From contig DASZLS010000125.1 of assembly GCA_035552255.1 (NCBI GenBank), positions 28,080 through 92,079 on the forward strand: a DNA stretch of 64,000 nucleotides, given 5' to 3'. Under the pieces are notes generated by a model, which saw only the letters and a program-made list of their open reading frames with translations, had not been told where the DNA came from and did not search any database. The position numbers were made by a program, and so were the translations under genes. Below are positions 35,001-44,976 of this stretch, one piece after another (the first letter of the stretch is position 1; every line of letters starts with the position of its first letter). This DNA comes from Acidimicrobiales bacterium (lineage in GTDB: Bacteria > Actinomycetota > Acidimicrobiia > Acidimicrobiales > RAAP-2).

Positions 35001-36389
35001 TCAGTCGAGGAAGTGCTCGAGCACTCGACTCGCGCGGCTTTCGCGCTGCCGCCGCGCTTCTACGCGATCGGACCAGCTCGCGGCTCCGAGTACCGAGTTG
35101 ATCCCGAGCCAGCGAAGCGGTTCGAACTCCCAGCGCTTGCCGTGATGCTGCACGAATGGGAGACGAGTGAACGCGGTCTCCTTGTCGGGCTCAACGATCA
35201 GATCGGCCAGTGCGGTGGCGGCGACGTAACTCATGACGACTCCGTCGCCCGTGTAGCCGCCCGCACTCGCGAGTCCGCTCTCGCGATCAACGATCGCCGA
35301 CGGTGACTGGTCGCGCGCCATCGCGAGCGGGCCGCCCCAACGGTGCGTGATCTCACCTTCGAGCGAGGGGAAGAGCTCCCTGAGAGTCCCTTCGAGGAGC
35401 CGAAAGACCTTTGGATTCTGGTCGAAGCGACCTTCTACGGTCGAGCCGAAGTGGTACGGGGCCCCGCGTCCGCCAAAGGCGATGCGACCGTCCTTGGTCC
35501 GCTGTCCGTAGATGATGAGGTGTCGATCATCGGCGAACGTCTCGTACTCGGAGAAGCCGGTCTCTTGCCAGAATGCGTCGGACTGCGGCTCGCTCGCGAT
35601 CATGAGCGAGTAGATCGGCGCCACGCTGCGGCGCTCGCCGGGCAGGGTCGGCGTAAAACCTTCGGTCGCTCGCACCACGACGCGAGCGTGCACGGTCGAG
35701 TTCTCGGTTACCACCTCGGCCGCTCGTCCACGCCGCGCGCCATGGATCCGGGTGACCTTGGTGTTCTCAAAGATCTGTGCGCCGAGTCGTTCGACGACGT
35801 CGGCGAGGCCACGTACGAGTCGCGCGGGATGGATGCGCGCGCAGTGCGGTGTGTACGCGGCGCCGAAGGAGTCCGTGACAACGCCACGTTCTCGAGCGTT
35901 GTTCGCATTGAGCCATTGCAGATCCTCGGGCTCGTCGCCGAGCTCACGCGACATCTCGACATATTGACGAAGTCTTGCTGCCTGCAGCTCACTTCGCGCG
36001 AAGGTCATTGTGCCGCCGCGCACGTAGTGAGCGTCGATATCGTCTTCAACGAGCGCATCACCGAGTGCCACGACGCTTTGTCGCAGTTGCGCGCGCAGAT
36101 GATCGAACGAGGCTCGTCCGTGGCGGGCAATGACCGCGTTTTCGCTCAACGGATAGAGCGCCGACGCCCAACCGCCATTGCGCCCCGACGCGCCAAAACC
36201 GCACACCGACTGTTCGAGCACCGCGACCTGAAGGGTTGGATCACGGCGCAGGAGTTCGCGGGCCGTCCACAGTCCGGTAAACCCGCCGCCCACGATGGCG
36301 ACATCTACGTCCAGGTGGTCACGGAGCGTTCGACGCGCCCCTACCGGTTCAGGCAGCGTTGACCACCACAGCGAGTGCGGAGGCTCCAC
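35001..36389 (-). CDS. FAD-dependent oxidoreductase (DAO family, gamma-glutamylputrescine oxidase PuuB-like)
   Basis: 462 aa. Dinucleotide-binding motif VAIVGGGFTGLW. GTG start overlaps the upstream stop (TAGTG). Confidence 0.85.
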   Translation of the reverse strand: MEPPHSLWWSTLPEPVGARRTLRDHLDVDVAIVGGGFTGLWTARELLRRDPTLQVAVLEQSVCGFGASGRNGGWASALYPLSENAVIARHGRASFDHLRAQLRQSVVALGDALVEDDIDAHYVRGGTMTFARSELQAARLRQYVEMSRELGDEPEDLQWLNANNARERGVVTDSFGAAYTPHCARIHPARLVRGLADVVERLGAQIFENTKVTRIHGARRGRAAEVVTENSTVHARVVVRATEGFTPTLPGERRSVAPIYSLMIASEPQSDAFWQETGFSEYETFADDRHLIIYGQRTKDGRIAFGGRGAPYHFGSTVEGRFDQNPKVFRLLEGTLRELFPSLEGEITHRWGGPLAMARDQSPSAIVDRESGLASAGGYTGDGVVMSYVAATALADLIVEPDKETAFTRLPFVQHHGKRWEFEPLRWLGINSVLGAASWSDRVEARRQRESRASRVLEHFLD

Positions 36390-37822
36390 TAGATATTGAG
36401 CTTGGATGCTCCGGTGAAGACGTCTCGCAGGATTTCGGTCATGAGATCGATATCCTCACGAGTCGAAATGAGCGGCGGGGCCAGCTGTACGACGGGGTCA
36501 CCCCGGTCGTCGGAGCGACAGATCAGTCCGCGGCGGAACATCTCAGGTGAGACGTAGCCGCGAAGAAGGCGCTCGGCGTCGTCACCGGCCCAGGTCTCCT
36601 TGGTTGCCTGGTCCTTCACGAGCTCAATACCCCAGAAGTAGCCAACGCCGCGAATGTCGCCGACGATCGGGATGTCCTTCAAGGACTCGAGGCTCTGTTG
36701 GAAGTAGTCCTCGTTCTTCTTGACGTTCTCGATCACGTGCTCGGTCTCGATGATCTCGAGCGCCTTCAGAGCGGCGGCGCACGAGGACGGGTGACCGGCC
36801 CAGGTGAAGCCGTGGAGGAACGAGACGTCGTCGTGGAGGAACGGTTCCGCGATACGGTCCGAGACGATCATCGCGCCCATCGGCGCGTAGCCAGCGGTGA
36901 TGCCCTTCGCGCAGGTGATGATGTCAGGAACGAAGTCGTATCGCTGACCACCAAACCACGATCCGATGCGCCCGAATGCACAGATGACTTCGTCCGATAC
37001 GAGCAAGACGCCGTATCGATCACAGATCTCGCGCACTTCTTGCCAGTAGCCCGGCGGGGGAGTGAAGCATCCTCCGGCGTTCTGGACAGGCTCGAGGAAG
37101 ACCGCGGCGATGGTCTCGGGCCCCTCGCGAAGAATTGCCTCTTCGATCTGGCGAGCCTGCCAGAGACCGAAGGCCTCGAAGTCGTCCCCGTGACGTTCCG
37201 CACGGTAGAAGTTGACGGCGGGCACCTTGACCGCACCCGGCACGAGCGGCTCGTACGGGGTGCGGTATCCCTCGAGCGAGGTGATCGTGAGCGCGCCGAG
37301 CGTCGTGCCGTGATACGCAACGGCGCGGCTGATCACTTTGTAGCGATCGAGGTCGCCGCGCAAGCGATGGTACTGACGAGCCAGCTTCCAGGCACTCTCA
37401 TTCGCCTCGGCGCCACCGGAGGTGAAAAAGACGCGATTGAGATCGCCCGGAGTCAGGCTCGCCAGCCGTTCGGCGAGCTCGATGGCTTTGGGGTGGGCGT
37501 AGGTCCACAGCGGAAAGAAGCCCAGCTCGCCGACCTGCGCGGCCATCGCTTCACCGATGTCGCGGCGACCGTGACCGAGGGAGTTCGTGAAGAGACCCGA
37601 GAGCCCATCGAAGTACTCAGTGCCGTTGGCGTCATAGACGCGCGTGCCTTCGCCGCGCACCATGATCGGAATCTCGTTCGACTCGCTGTAGGCGCCGAGA
37701 CGCGACATCTGCAGCCACAGGTGGCGCCTCGCACGTTCGGAATAGTCGTGACTCGCATGTCGCTCGCCGGTGACGGTTATGCCGTCGGATATGGTCTCGT
37801 GAAGTGTCACTTTGTCCCCCAT
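36389..37822 (-). CDS. Class-III (omega) aminotransferase, putrescine/beta-alanine--pyruvate aminotransferase-like
   Basis: 477 aa. GGAEANE, YHG.T, LVSDEVICAFGR, and the PLP-Lys context TCAKGITAGY. An alternative GTG start at 37810 would give a GTGA overlap with the lrp stop. Confidence 0.9.
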   Translation of the reverse strand: MGDKVTLHETISDGITVTGERHASHDYSERARRHLWLQMSRLGAYSESNEIPIMVRGEGTRVYDANGTEYFDGLSGLFTNSLGHGRRDIGEAMAAQVGELGFFPLWTYAHPKAIELAERLASLTPGDLNRVFFTSGGAEANESAWKLARQYHRLRGDLDRYKVISRAVAYHGTTLGALTITSLEGYRTPYEPLVPGAVKVPAVNFYRAERHGDDFEAFGLWQARQIEEAILREGPETIAAVFLEPVQNAGGCFTPPPGYWQEVREICDRYGVLLVSDEVICAFGRIGSWFGGQRYDFVPDIITCAKGITAGYAPMGAMIVSDRIAEPFLHDDVSFLHGFTWAGHPSSCAAALKALEIIETEHVIENVKKNEDYFQQSLESLKDIPIVGDIRGVGYFWGIELVKDQATKETWAGDDAERLLRGYVSPEMFRRGLICRSDDRGDPVVQLAPPLISTREDIDLMTEILRDVFTGASKLNI

Positions 37823-38331
37823 TCATAGGTTTGCTTCGCTAATTTCAAATACAAGAACGTCTCGACCTCGGTCACACCCGGAATGGAACGAATCGAATCA
37901 TTCAAGAGGTGCACCAGGTCGTTATCGTCTTCGGCAATGACTTCGGCAATGATGTCGAAGCTGCCCGCAGTCATGACGACGTAATTCGCTGCGTCGATGG
38001 CTGCCACTTTGTCGGCTACCAGTCGCACGTCACCCTGCACGCGAATGCCGATCAGCGCTTCACGGCCGTAGCCGAGTTGCAGAGGATCAGTGATCGCGAC
38101 AATCTGCATGACGCCCGAATCCTTGAGGCGTTGCACGCGACGACGCACGGCAGCTTCAGAGAGTCCAATCTCTTCGGCAATGGCTCCATAGGCGCGACGA
38201 CCGTCGTGCTGCAAGCGGTTGATGATCTGACGGTCGAAGGAATCGAGCGCCCCGGGTGCAGAGTTGACGAGCTCAATGTTTACGCGATCGTCACCAGATT
38301 GACTCTGTCGTTGTGCTTTGGATGCTGGCAT
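37807..38331 (-). CDS. Lrp/AsnC-family transcriptional regulator
   Basis: 174 aa. HTH (DRQIINRLQHDGRRAYGAIAEEIGLSEAAVRRRVQRL) plus a C-terminal RAM/AsnC domain. Confidence 0.9.
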   Translation of the reverse strand: MPASKAQRQSQSGDDRVNIELVNSAPGALDSFDRQIINRLQHDGRRAYGAIAEEIGLSEAAVRRRVQRLKDSGVMQIVAITDPLQLGYGREALIGIRVQGDVRLVADKVAAIDAANYVVMTAGSFDIIAEVIAEDDNDLVHLLNDSIRSIPGVTEVETFLYLKLAKQTYEWGTK

Positions 38332-38526
38332 TTTTTATTCCTGAGCGAAAGGTCTTACGACCTCGGTGCTGCGGATTACTTCAGTATAGGGGGTTTTCGC
38401 GACGGAAAGCGTCGTATTTTTGACCTAGGGGTCCTCATTCCTTCTATTTCGTTGCAAAGCCCTTGTGCCGTCTGGCAGAGTGGCTCTGGGCCCCGCCACC
38501 CGGCAGTGCCCGTCGAGGGGAGAGTT

Positions 38527-39954
38527 ATGCGTCGTTTAGCCAATTTCATCGGGGGCGAATCGGTTGCGCCCAAAAGCGGCAAGTACGTCGAGCTCATCAA
38601 CCCGTCGACGGGCGAACCGTTCGCCGAGATGCCCGTGTCCGACGCGTTCGACATCGACTTTGCGCTCAACGTGGCGGAGAAGGCGTTCGCGTCGTGGAAG
38701 CGCACCACCCCTTCAGAGCGCTCACGAGCACTGCTCAAGATCGCCGACGTGTTCGAAGAGCACGCTGAACAGCTCGTTGCGATTGAAGCGGAGAACACCG
38801 GCAAGATCATCGCGGTCACGATGAGCGAAGAGATCCCACCGATGCTCGACCAAATCCGCTTCTTTGCCGGCGCTGCTCGACTGCTCGAGGGTCGTGGGGC
38901 GGCGGAGTACATGACCGGTATGACGAGCTACGTTCGCCGCGAGCCGGTCGGTGTCTGCGGCGCCGTGACGCCCTGGAACTATCCAATGATGATGGCGGTG
39001 TGGAAGTGGGCGCCCGCGATCGCGGCGGGCAACACGATGGTCTTGAAGCCGAGTGACACGACCCCGTCCTCGGCGCTGTACATGGCAGAGCTCATGAGCC
39101 AAGTCCTCCCCGAAGGCGTCTTTAGTGTCGTGTGCGGCGACCGCGATACCGGACGCGCCCTCGTCGAGCATCCGATCCCCGCCATGGTCTCGATCACCGG
39201 GTCCGTTCGCGCCGGTACCGAAGTCGCCGAATCGGCGGCACACGACCTGAAGCGGGTGCACCTTGAGCTTGGCGGCAAGGCCCCCGTCATCGTGTTCGAG
39301 GACGTCGATATCGCCAGCGCGGTCGAGAACATCGCTATCGCCGGTTATTTCAACGCGGGCCAGGACTGCACCGCGGCAACGCGCGTGCTCGCCGGCGCAA
39401 AGGTCTACGACGACTTCGTTGATGCGCTCGCGCAGCAGGCGAGCAACACCGTCATCGGGCCGCCCGAGAGCGACGATGCGCTCTTCGGCCCCGTCAACAA
39501 CCGCTCGCAGTTCGAGCGAGTCAACGGGTTCGTCGCTCGTGCTCCGAAGCACGCGTCGGTCGTCGCCGGGGGCTCGCCGGTAGCGGGCCAGGGGTTCTTC
39601 ATCTCGCCCACGGTGGTCGCGGGGCTGTACCAGGACGACGAGATGATCCAAAACGAGATCTTCGGGCCGGTCATCACTGTCCAGCAGTTCGCTGACGACG
39701 TGCAGGCACTCGAATGGGCGAATGGCGTCCAATACGGGCTCGCGTCATCGGTCTGGACGCGCGACCATGGCCGGGCATTGCGCTTCGCACGTGATCTTGA
39801 CTTCGGATGCGTCTGGATCAACACCCACATTCCCCTGGTCGCCGAGATGCCCCACGGGGGCTTCAAGAAGTCTGGCTACGGCAAGGATCTCTCCGTCTAC
39901 GGCTTCGAGGACTACACCCGAATTAAGCATGTGATGCACAACCTCGATTTCTAG
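38527..39954 (+). CDS. Gamma-aminobutyraldehyde dehydrogenase (PatD/YdcW-like aldehyde dehydrogenase)
   Basis: 475 aa from ATG 38527 (MRRLANFIGGE...). VTPWNYP, LKPS, ELGGKAP and GQDCTAATR catalytic motifs. The 5' 618 nt of listed ORF 37909.. are antisense to lrp and discarded. Confidence 0.9.
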   Translation: MRRLANFIGGESVAPKSGKYVELINPSTGEPFAEMPVSDAFDIDFALNVAEKAFASWKRTTPSERSRALLKIADVFEEHAEQLVAIEAENTGKIIAVTMSEEIPPMLDQIRFFAGAARLLEGRGAAEYMTGMTSYVRREPVGVCGAVTPWNYPMMMAVWKWAPAIAAGNTMVLKPSDTTPSSALYMAELMSQVLPEGVFSVVCGDRDTGRALVEHPIPAMVSITGSVRAGTEVAESAAHDLKRVHLELGGKAPVIVFEDVDIASAVENIAIAGYFNAGQDCTAATRVLAGAKVYDDFVDALAQQASNTVIGPPESDDALFGPVNNRSQFERVNGFVARAPKHASVVAGGSPVAGQGFFISPTVVAGLYQDDEMIQNEIFGPVITVQQFADDVQALEWANGVQYGLASSVWTRDHGRALRFARDLDFGCVWINTHIPLVAEMPHGGFKKSGYGKDLSVYGFEDYTRIKHVMHNLDF

Positions 39955-40015
39955 AAGTGGCCCGTCGCGCGAGTTGTTAGCGTGGTGTCGGCAAAGAGGG
40001 GATGAGTGATCAACG

Positions 40016-41134
40016 ATGATCATCGGTGCAGTTAAAGAGATCAAGACGGACGAGTATCGCGTCTCGCTGACTCCAGCGGGTGCGAGGGAACTCACGGCAG
40101 CGGGGCACAGGGTGCTCGTCGAGCGCGGCGCGGGCGTGGGGTCGTCAATCGCGGACGCTGATTACGTCGCGAACGGCGCGACGATCGTCGACAGTGCGGA
40201 CGACGTGTGGGCCGAGAGCGAGCTCCTCCTTAAGGTCAAAGAGCCGATCGCCGACGAGTACAAGCGACTCTCGGCGCACAAGAATCAAGTGCTCTTCACG
40301 TACCTGCACCTCGCGGCGTCGCGCGAGTGCACTGAGGCACTGGTAGCCGCCGACAACGTGGCGATCGCCTTCGAGACTGTTCGTCTGCGCGACAACTCAT
40401 TGCCGCTGCTCACCCCGATGAGCGAGGTCGCTGGTCGAATGGCCCCGCTCATGGGCGCGTACCATCTGATGCGCACGGGCGGCGGACACGGCACCTTGAT
40501 CGCGGGCGTCCCCGGGGTTGCCCCGGCGAACGTCGTGGTGATCGGTGCCGGTGTCTCGGGCCTCGCCGCGGCGACGATTGCCGTGGGCATGCACGCCAAC
40601 GTCAAGATTCTTGATCGAAACCTCGAGCGCCTGCGCCAAGTTGACATTCATTTCGACGGTCGTGTCCAGACGATTGCCTCGTCAGCGCTCGCCGTCGAAG
40701 AGGCGTGCCTCGACGCCGACATCGTCATCGGTGCGGTCTTGGTGGTGGGCGCCAAAGCGCCGAAGCTCGTGAGCAACGACCTCGTCGCGCGCATGCGTGA
40801 GGGATCGGTGTTGGTCGACATCTCGGTCGACCAGGGCGGCTGCTTCGAAGCGACCCGTCCGACGACCCACTCGAATCCGACGTTCGAGGTCAACGGCTCG
40901 ATCTTCTACTGCGTCGCGAACATGCCGGGCGCCGTGCCCGCCACGTCGACGAGGGCGCTGTCCAACGCCACGCTGCCCTACGTCTTTGAGCTCGCTCGCC
41001 AGGGCTGGCGCGAAGCGGTCGTCGCCGACGACGCGCTCGCAGAAGGCGTCAACGTGGTCAATGGCAAGGTCACCTATGGACCGGTCGCCGAGGCACTCGG
41101 ACTCGCTCACACCCCGCTTCGCTCGCTGCTCTAA
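40016..41134 (+). CDS. ald: Alanine dehydrogenase
   Basis: 372 aa. MIIGAVKEIKTDEYRVSLTP N-terminus, NAD motif VVVIGAGVSG, and DISVDQGGC. Confidence 0.95.
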   Translation: MIIGAVKEIKTDEYRVSLTPAGARELTAAGHRVLVERGAGVGSSIADADYVANGATIVDSADDVWAESELLLKVKEPIADEYKRLSAHKNQVLFTYLHLAASRECTEALVAADNVAIAFETVRLRDNSLPLLTPMSEVAGRMAPLMGAYHLMRTGGGHGTLIAGVPGVAPANVVVIGAGVSGLAAATIAVGMHANVKILDRNLERLRQVDIHFDGRVQTIASSALAVEEACLDADIVIGAVLVVGAKAPKLVSNDLVARMREGSVLVDISVDQGGCFEATRPTTHSNPTFEVNGSIFYCVANMPGAVPATSTRALSNATLPYVFELARQGWREAVVADDALAEGVNVVNGKVTYGPVAEALGLAHTPLRSLL

Positions 41135-41352
41135 CTCTCCACGTAAGGGCAGTGGCGACATCCACTCTCGCAACACGTGCCTCGGTTGAGGTGCGTCATG
41201 ACCGTGAGGACGACGAGCCCGGTTCCTGGATCCTGGTAACTAGAACGGCCCTCTTCGACGGCCCGTTCGTGGGCTTCGATGATCGCCTCGTAGTCCTCGC
41301 GACTGGGATCGAGGCGCGAGGGATGGGGACGGGGCACGGGCATTGAGATCAA
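41131..41352 (-). CDS. Small Cys-rich protein (DUF5522-like)
   Basis: 73 aa ending ...LNRGTCCESGCRHCPYVES. The CC..GCRHCPY motif is recalled as the DUF5522 signature. Confidence 0.65.
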   Translation of the reverse strand: MISMPVPRPHPSRLDPSREDYEAIIEAHERAVEEGRSSYQDPGTGLVVLTVMTHLNRGTCCESGCRHCPYVES

Positions 41353-41363
41353 CCTAACGGTGG

Positions 41364-42311
41364 TTAGTGTTCGACGCTCAGTATCACTTTGCCGAACTTG
41401 CCGGGTTGGGCAAAGTAGTCATAGGCCGTCGCGGCGTCTTCCAGACGAAAGACCTTGGCGACGGGCACGACGAACTCCCCGACGCGCCATCTCGGCACGA
41501 GCGTGTCGCCGACGAGTCGAACGACGTCGGATTTCTCCTTCATCGTCCGCGATCGCATGGTCGAGCCGGTCACGACCGTTCGACGTTGCATGACCTTCAA
41601 GAGGTCCAGCTCGACGCGACTTCCCGCGCCCACGCCAATGACGATCACTCGCGCATGGGGGTTGAGCACGTCAAAGGCGAGGTTGAGGTGGGCGGCACCG
41701 ATGAGTTCGAGCACGACGTCGACCCCGTCAAGCGCGGGGACCTGGTCCACGGTGACCGTCTCACTCGCTCCGAGCGCGCGCAGCTGCTGGTGGTGCCCAT
41801 CGGTCCGCGTGACGGCGATGACCTCGGCACCAAGGACGCGAGCGATCTGCACGCCCGCGACGCCGACGCCGCCCGCGGCACCCGAGATCAGCACCCGTTC
41901 GCCAGCTTGGAGGTCCGCTTGGGAGACCAGCGCGTCGTAGGCCGTCATGAAGGCCTCGGGGAAACCGCCCGCGTTGATGAAGTCCGCGTTGCTGGGCACG
42001 AAGAGCAAGTGCTCCGCAGGCACCACGCAGTGCGTGGCTTGTGCACCGCCGCCAACAATGGCACAGACCCTTCGCCCCAGCAGAAGATCAACGACTCGAT
42101 CGCCGACCGCAGACACGACGCCGGCGAGCTCCATACCGGGGATATCCTGCGGCCAACCGGGCGGCGCAGGATAGAAACCCGCACGCTGGTGCAGGTCAGC
42201 CTGGTTGAGGCCCGCCGCGTGCACTTCGACGACGACGTCATAGGGACCCGGCTCGGGGGTTGCGCGATCTTCGAGCACCAACTCTTTTGACTGGATCGTG
42301 ACCGCGCGCAC
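41364..42311 (-). CDS. NADPH:quinone oxidoreductase / zinc-type alcohol dehydrogenase family (Qor-like)
   Basis: 315 aa. MDR family with GxGxxG-like AAGGVG. GTG start. Confidence 0.85.
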   Translation of the reverse strand: MRAVTIQSKELVLEDRATPEPGPYDVVVEVHAAGLNQADLHQRAGFYPAPPGWPQDIPGMELAGVVSAVGDRVVDLLLGRRVCAIVGGGAQATHCVVPAEHLLFVPSNADFINAGGFPEAFMTAYDALVSQADLQAGERVLISGAAGGVGVAGVQIARVLGAEVIAVTRTDGHHQQLRALGASETVTVDQVPALDGVDVVLELIGAAHLNLAFDVLNPHARVIVIGVGAGSRVELDLLKVMQRRTVVTGSTMRSRTMKEKSDVVRLVGDTLVPRWRVGEFVVPVAKVFRLEDAATAYDYFAQPGKFGKVILSVEH

Positions 42312-42403
42312 AGTGCGATCCTACGAGTCCCGCCAGGAATGAACCCGTCGTTTGAGCGTTAGGGTTTGCTCATCAACCAATCGGCGTGACGTAGGAGAAA
42401 AAC

Positions 42404-42886
42404 ATGGCCATTTACGACGTACCTATTCGCACCCTTTCGGGAGAGCCAAGCTCACTTGAGCAGTTCAAAGGCGAGACGATCCTCATCGTCAACGTGGCGT
42501 CAAAGTGCGGCCTCACCCCGCAGTACGAAGGACTCGAAGCGCTCCAGAAGCTCTACGAGGCTCGCGAGTTTTCGGTCGTCGGCTTCCCGTGCAACCAGTT
42601 CGCCGGGCAAGAGCCCGGTACGGCTGAAGAGATTCAGACGTTCTGCTCCACCACCTACGGTGTCACGTTTCCGCTCTTCGAGAAGATTGACGTCAACGGC
42701 GAGAACCAGAACCCCATCTATGCGGAACTTGAGAAGGTAGCTGACGAGGAGGGCTACAGCGGCGACGTGCGCTGGAACTTTGAGAAGTTTCTCGTGGCCC
42801 GCGACGGATCAGTGACGCGCTTTGCTCCTCAGGTCACGCCCGACGACCCAAAGCTTCGGGTCGCGATCGAGACCGACCTCAGCTAG
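42404..42886 (+). CDS. Glutathione peroxidase (Cys-type, BtuE/Gpx-like)
   Basis: 160 aa. NVASKCGLTPQY (catalytic Cys), FPCNQF, and WNFEKFLV motifs. Confidence 0.9.
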   Translation: MAIYDVPIRTLSGEPSSLEQFKGETILIVNVASKCGLTPQYEGLEALQKLYEAREFSVVGFPCNQFAGQEPGTAEEIQTFCSTTYGVTFPLFEKIDVNGENQNPIYAELEKVADEEGYSGDVRWNFEKFLVARDGSVTRFAPQVTPDDPKLRVAIETDLS

Positions 42887-43809
42887 CCCGAGCCGATCGT
42901 GCGATGCAGTCGCACGTAGGTCGGACGAAATCCGTAGCGGAGCCAAAACGCGCTGGCGCGGTGATTCGTCACGCGCCAATTCGTTTCGACGAAGCGAAAG
43001 CCGTCATCGAAACCCTCTCGCAGCGCGCGATCAACGAGCGCGCGCGCGACGCCACGGCCTTCGTGCTCGGTTCGTACTGACAGCGCGCTCAGGTGCAATG
43101 CGTCGTCGAACGATCCCCGTCGTGCTTCGAGCCCGAAGGTAAGGCATTGAGCGACGCCCCGTCCTTCGTGCTCAACGACGTAGTAGCGAACGTCGGTATC
43201 CTCGAGCATCTCTAACATCTCGTCGGGTCGCGAGGCGTGCTCAACGAAGAGGGCGAAGCTCGGACCGCGCTGTTGGGCGTCGTCAAGCACGCGATCGAGC
43301 TCGAGCGCGAGTTCGAGGTCCGCGGGGCCGCCGCGACGAAGTCGATACCCAGTCGGAAGTTCGCTCGGTTCACTCGCGACGAGCGCGAAGACCCCGCGCA
43401 CGTGCATGCGCGCAAAGCCGAGCTCGTACCACGGGCTCGTGTCGGCGAGCTCGTCGAACACCCAGGCGTAGTGCTCAATGGCTTGGCGCTCGATCCAGTC
43501 GGCGCCCGCTTCGGCGTAGAGGGCGTCGAGGACGACCGTACTCTCGAAGGACACCCCGTCAGGGCCAACCCATGCGCCCCGTCCGTACTCGGGACTGTCG
43601 AGGAGGGCCCCGAAGAGATGACCGACGACAACGCCTGACTCTTCCGCGACCCAGGTTTGACTCGCGGCGTCGCGCAAGGCGGCGGCGAAATGGTCGTTGG
43701 AAAAACCTGAGTTGAGCAGCCTGTTGCGCTGCGCATCCGTGGCGAGGCGCTCGTGTACTCGCGCGACCACCTGATCGATATCGCGTGACTCGAGGCGACG
43801 CACGATCAC
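42883..43809 (-). CDS. Tandem-GNAT N-acetyltransferase
   Basis: About 308 aa from GTG 43809 (or 43803; AAGAGG Shine-Dalgarno just upstream). Two acetyltransferase-like halves; the second carries GRGVARALV. The N-terminal 133 aa of the listed ORF are antisense to the HAD gene and discarded. Confidence 0.7.
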   Translation of the reverse strand: MIVRRLESRDIDQVVARVHERLATDAQRNRLLNSGFSNDHFAAALRDAASQTWVAEESGVVVGHLFGALLDSPEYGRGAWVGPDGVSFESTVVLDALYAEAGADWIERQAIEHYAWVFDELADTSPWYELGFARMHVRGVFALVASEPSELPTGYRLRRGGPADLELALELDRVLDDAQQRGPSFALFVEHASRPDEMLEMLEDTDVRYYVVEHEGRGVAQCLTFGLEARRGSFDDALHLSALSVRTEHEGRGVARALVDRALREGFDDGFRFVETNWRVTNHRASAFWLRYGFRPTYVRLHRTIGSG

Positions 43810-43846
43810 CTCTTTACGGTAGTGCCGCGTGTGTAAAGGTGGTGCG

Positions 43847-44506
43847 GTGACTTTACGAGCAACGCTCTTTGACATGGACGGGTTGCTGCTGGACTCTGAA
43901 GTGCTCTGGCATAAGGCCGAAGTCGAGATATTTGGCTCGCTTGGCGTGCCGCTGCAGGACGCCGAAGGGCGCTCCACTAAGGGCATGTACGTCGCCGAAG
44001 TCGTCAAGTTCTGGTACGAGCAGTTCCCCTGGCAGGGCCCCTCGACGGACGAAGTCGTCGACCGGCTTCTCGCGAGGGTGGGCGATCTCGTCGAGACCGA
44101 AGGAACGCTCTTGCCGGGGGCCACGCGTGCGCTGGACCTTACGGGCGAGCGTGGCCCGCTAGCGTTGGCGAGTTCGACGCCGATGGCACTCATCGTTCGC
44201 TGCCTCAAGCACTTTGGGCTCCTGGAGCGATTCGAGACGATTCACTCCGCGGAGTTCGAGGACTATGGCAAACCTCATCCGGGCGTCTTCCTCAGTGCGG
44301 CGCTCTCGCTCGAGATCGCGCCGCCCGCCTGTCTCGTCCTCGAAGACTCCGCCGCAGGTGTCCTCGCCGCGAAAGCGGCGACCATGACGGTCATCGCGGT
44401 ACCGGTGATCGAAGACCGTGCGCGCCCCGAGTTCTCCATCGCCGATCTCGTGCTGAGCTCGCTTGAAGACCTCACGCCTGACTGGTTGGACGAGCGTTTC
44501 GCCTAG
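43847..44506 (+). CDS. HAD-superfamily hydrolase (beta-phosphoglucomutase / sugar-phosphatase subfamily IA)
   Basis: Motif I LFDMDGLLLDSE, motif II SST, and a C-terminal ED..AG motif. Start chosen at GTG 43847 behind AAGGTGG; listed ORF starts at GTG 43829. Confidence 0.8.
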   Translation: MTLRATLFDMDGLLLDSEVLWHKAEVEIFGSLGVPLQDAEGRSTKGMYVAEVVKFWYEQFPWQGPSTDEVVDRLLARVGDLVETEGTLLPGATRALDLTGERGPLALASSTPMALIVRCLKHFGLLERFETIHSAEFEDYGKPHPGVFLSAALSLEIAPPACLVLEDSAAGVLAAKAATMTVIAVPVIEDRARPEFSIADLVLSSLEDLTPDWLDERFA

Positions 44507-44976
44507 AGCACTTTGGTGAAGCGATCGGAGGTCGGAAAGCACACCGAGTCGGACGGGTACCGCTCCACCGATTCCCACCCACTCGTGCGATAGAGCTCCA
44601 GCGCCTCAGGCTGCGCGTAACCGGACTCCAGGTAGAGCTGGACGAAGCCACTCAGACGCGCTCGCTCTTCGATGGCGCTCATGAGCCGTGCGCCTACCCC
44701 GTTTCGTCGCTGGTCGGGTCGAACCCAGAGGCGCTTGATCTCGCCGTAATGAAGCTCCGGCTCGCTGATCTGACGCAGGCCGACGCCGCCGATGGGGTGT
44801 CCGTCGAGCCGAGCCACGACGAACGCGCCGCTCGGGGGTAGCAGCTCTTCAACCTGCAGGTGCTGGTCCTCGTCACTTCCGCCGTAGCGACGATCGAGCT
44901 CGTCAATCGCTGCGTGGAAGACACTGAGCGCGCCGTGGGACGTGATGAGCTCATCGTCAATAAGTAGATCGACCAC
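44503..44976 (-). CDS. GNAT-family N-acetyltransferase
   Basis: 157 aa. Acetyl-CoA binding motif RRNGVGARLM. Confidence 0.85.
   Translation of the reverse strand: MVDLLIDDELITSHGALSVFHAAIDELDRRYGGSDEDQHLQVEELLPPSGAFVVARLDGHPIGGVGLRQISEPELHYGEIKRLWVRPDQRRNGVGARLMSAIEERARLSGFVQLYLESGYAQPEALELYRTSGWESVERYPSDSVCFPTSDRFTKVL

Noticed and set aside
38396-38420. Small hairpin CGACG-gaaag-CGTCG followed by TATTTTT in the lrp/aldh divergent region, a possible terminator.
   Set aside because: The stem is only 5 bp, and it lies between divergently transcribed genes where a terminator has no obvious role. It is more likely a chance structure within an AT-rich Lrp-binding region.
37909-38526. N-terminal extensions of listed ORFs: 37909..39954; also 42883..44208, 26715..28382, 30672..32072, 33296..34354, 15342..16664 and 1252..2166.
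   Set aside because: The extensions overlap neighbouring genes or AT-rich intergenic DNA and have Arg/Ser-rich junk composition. The recognisable protein begins at an internal start, often with a Shine-Dalgarno or a 4-nt overlap. Those internal starts were used instead.
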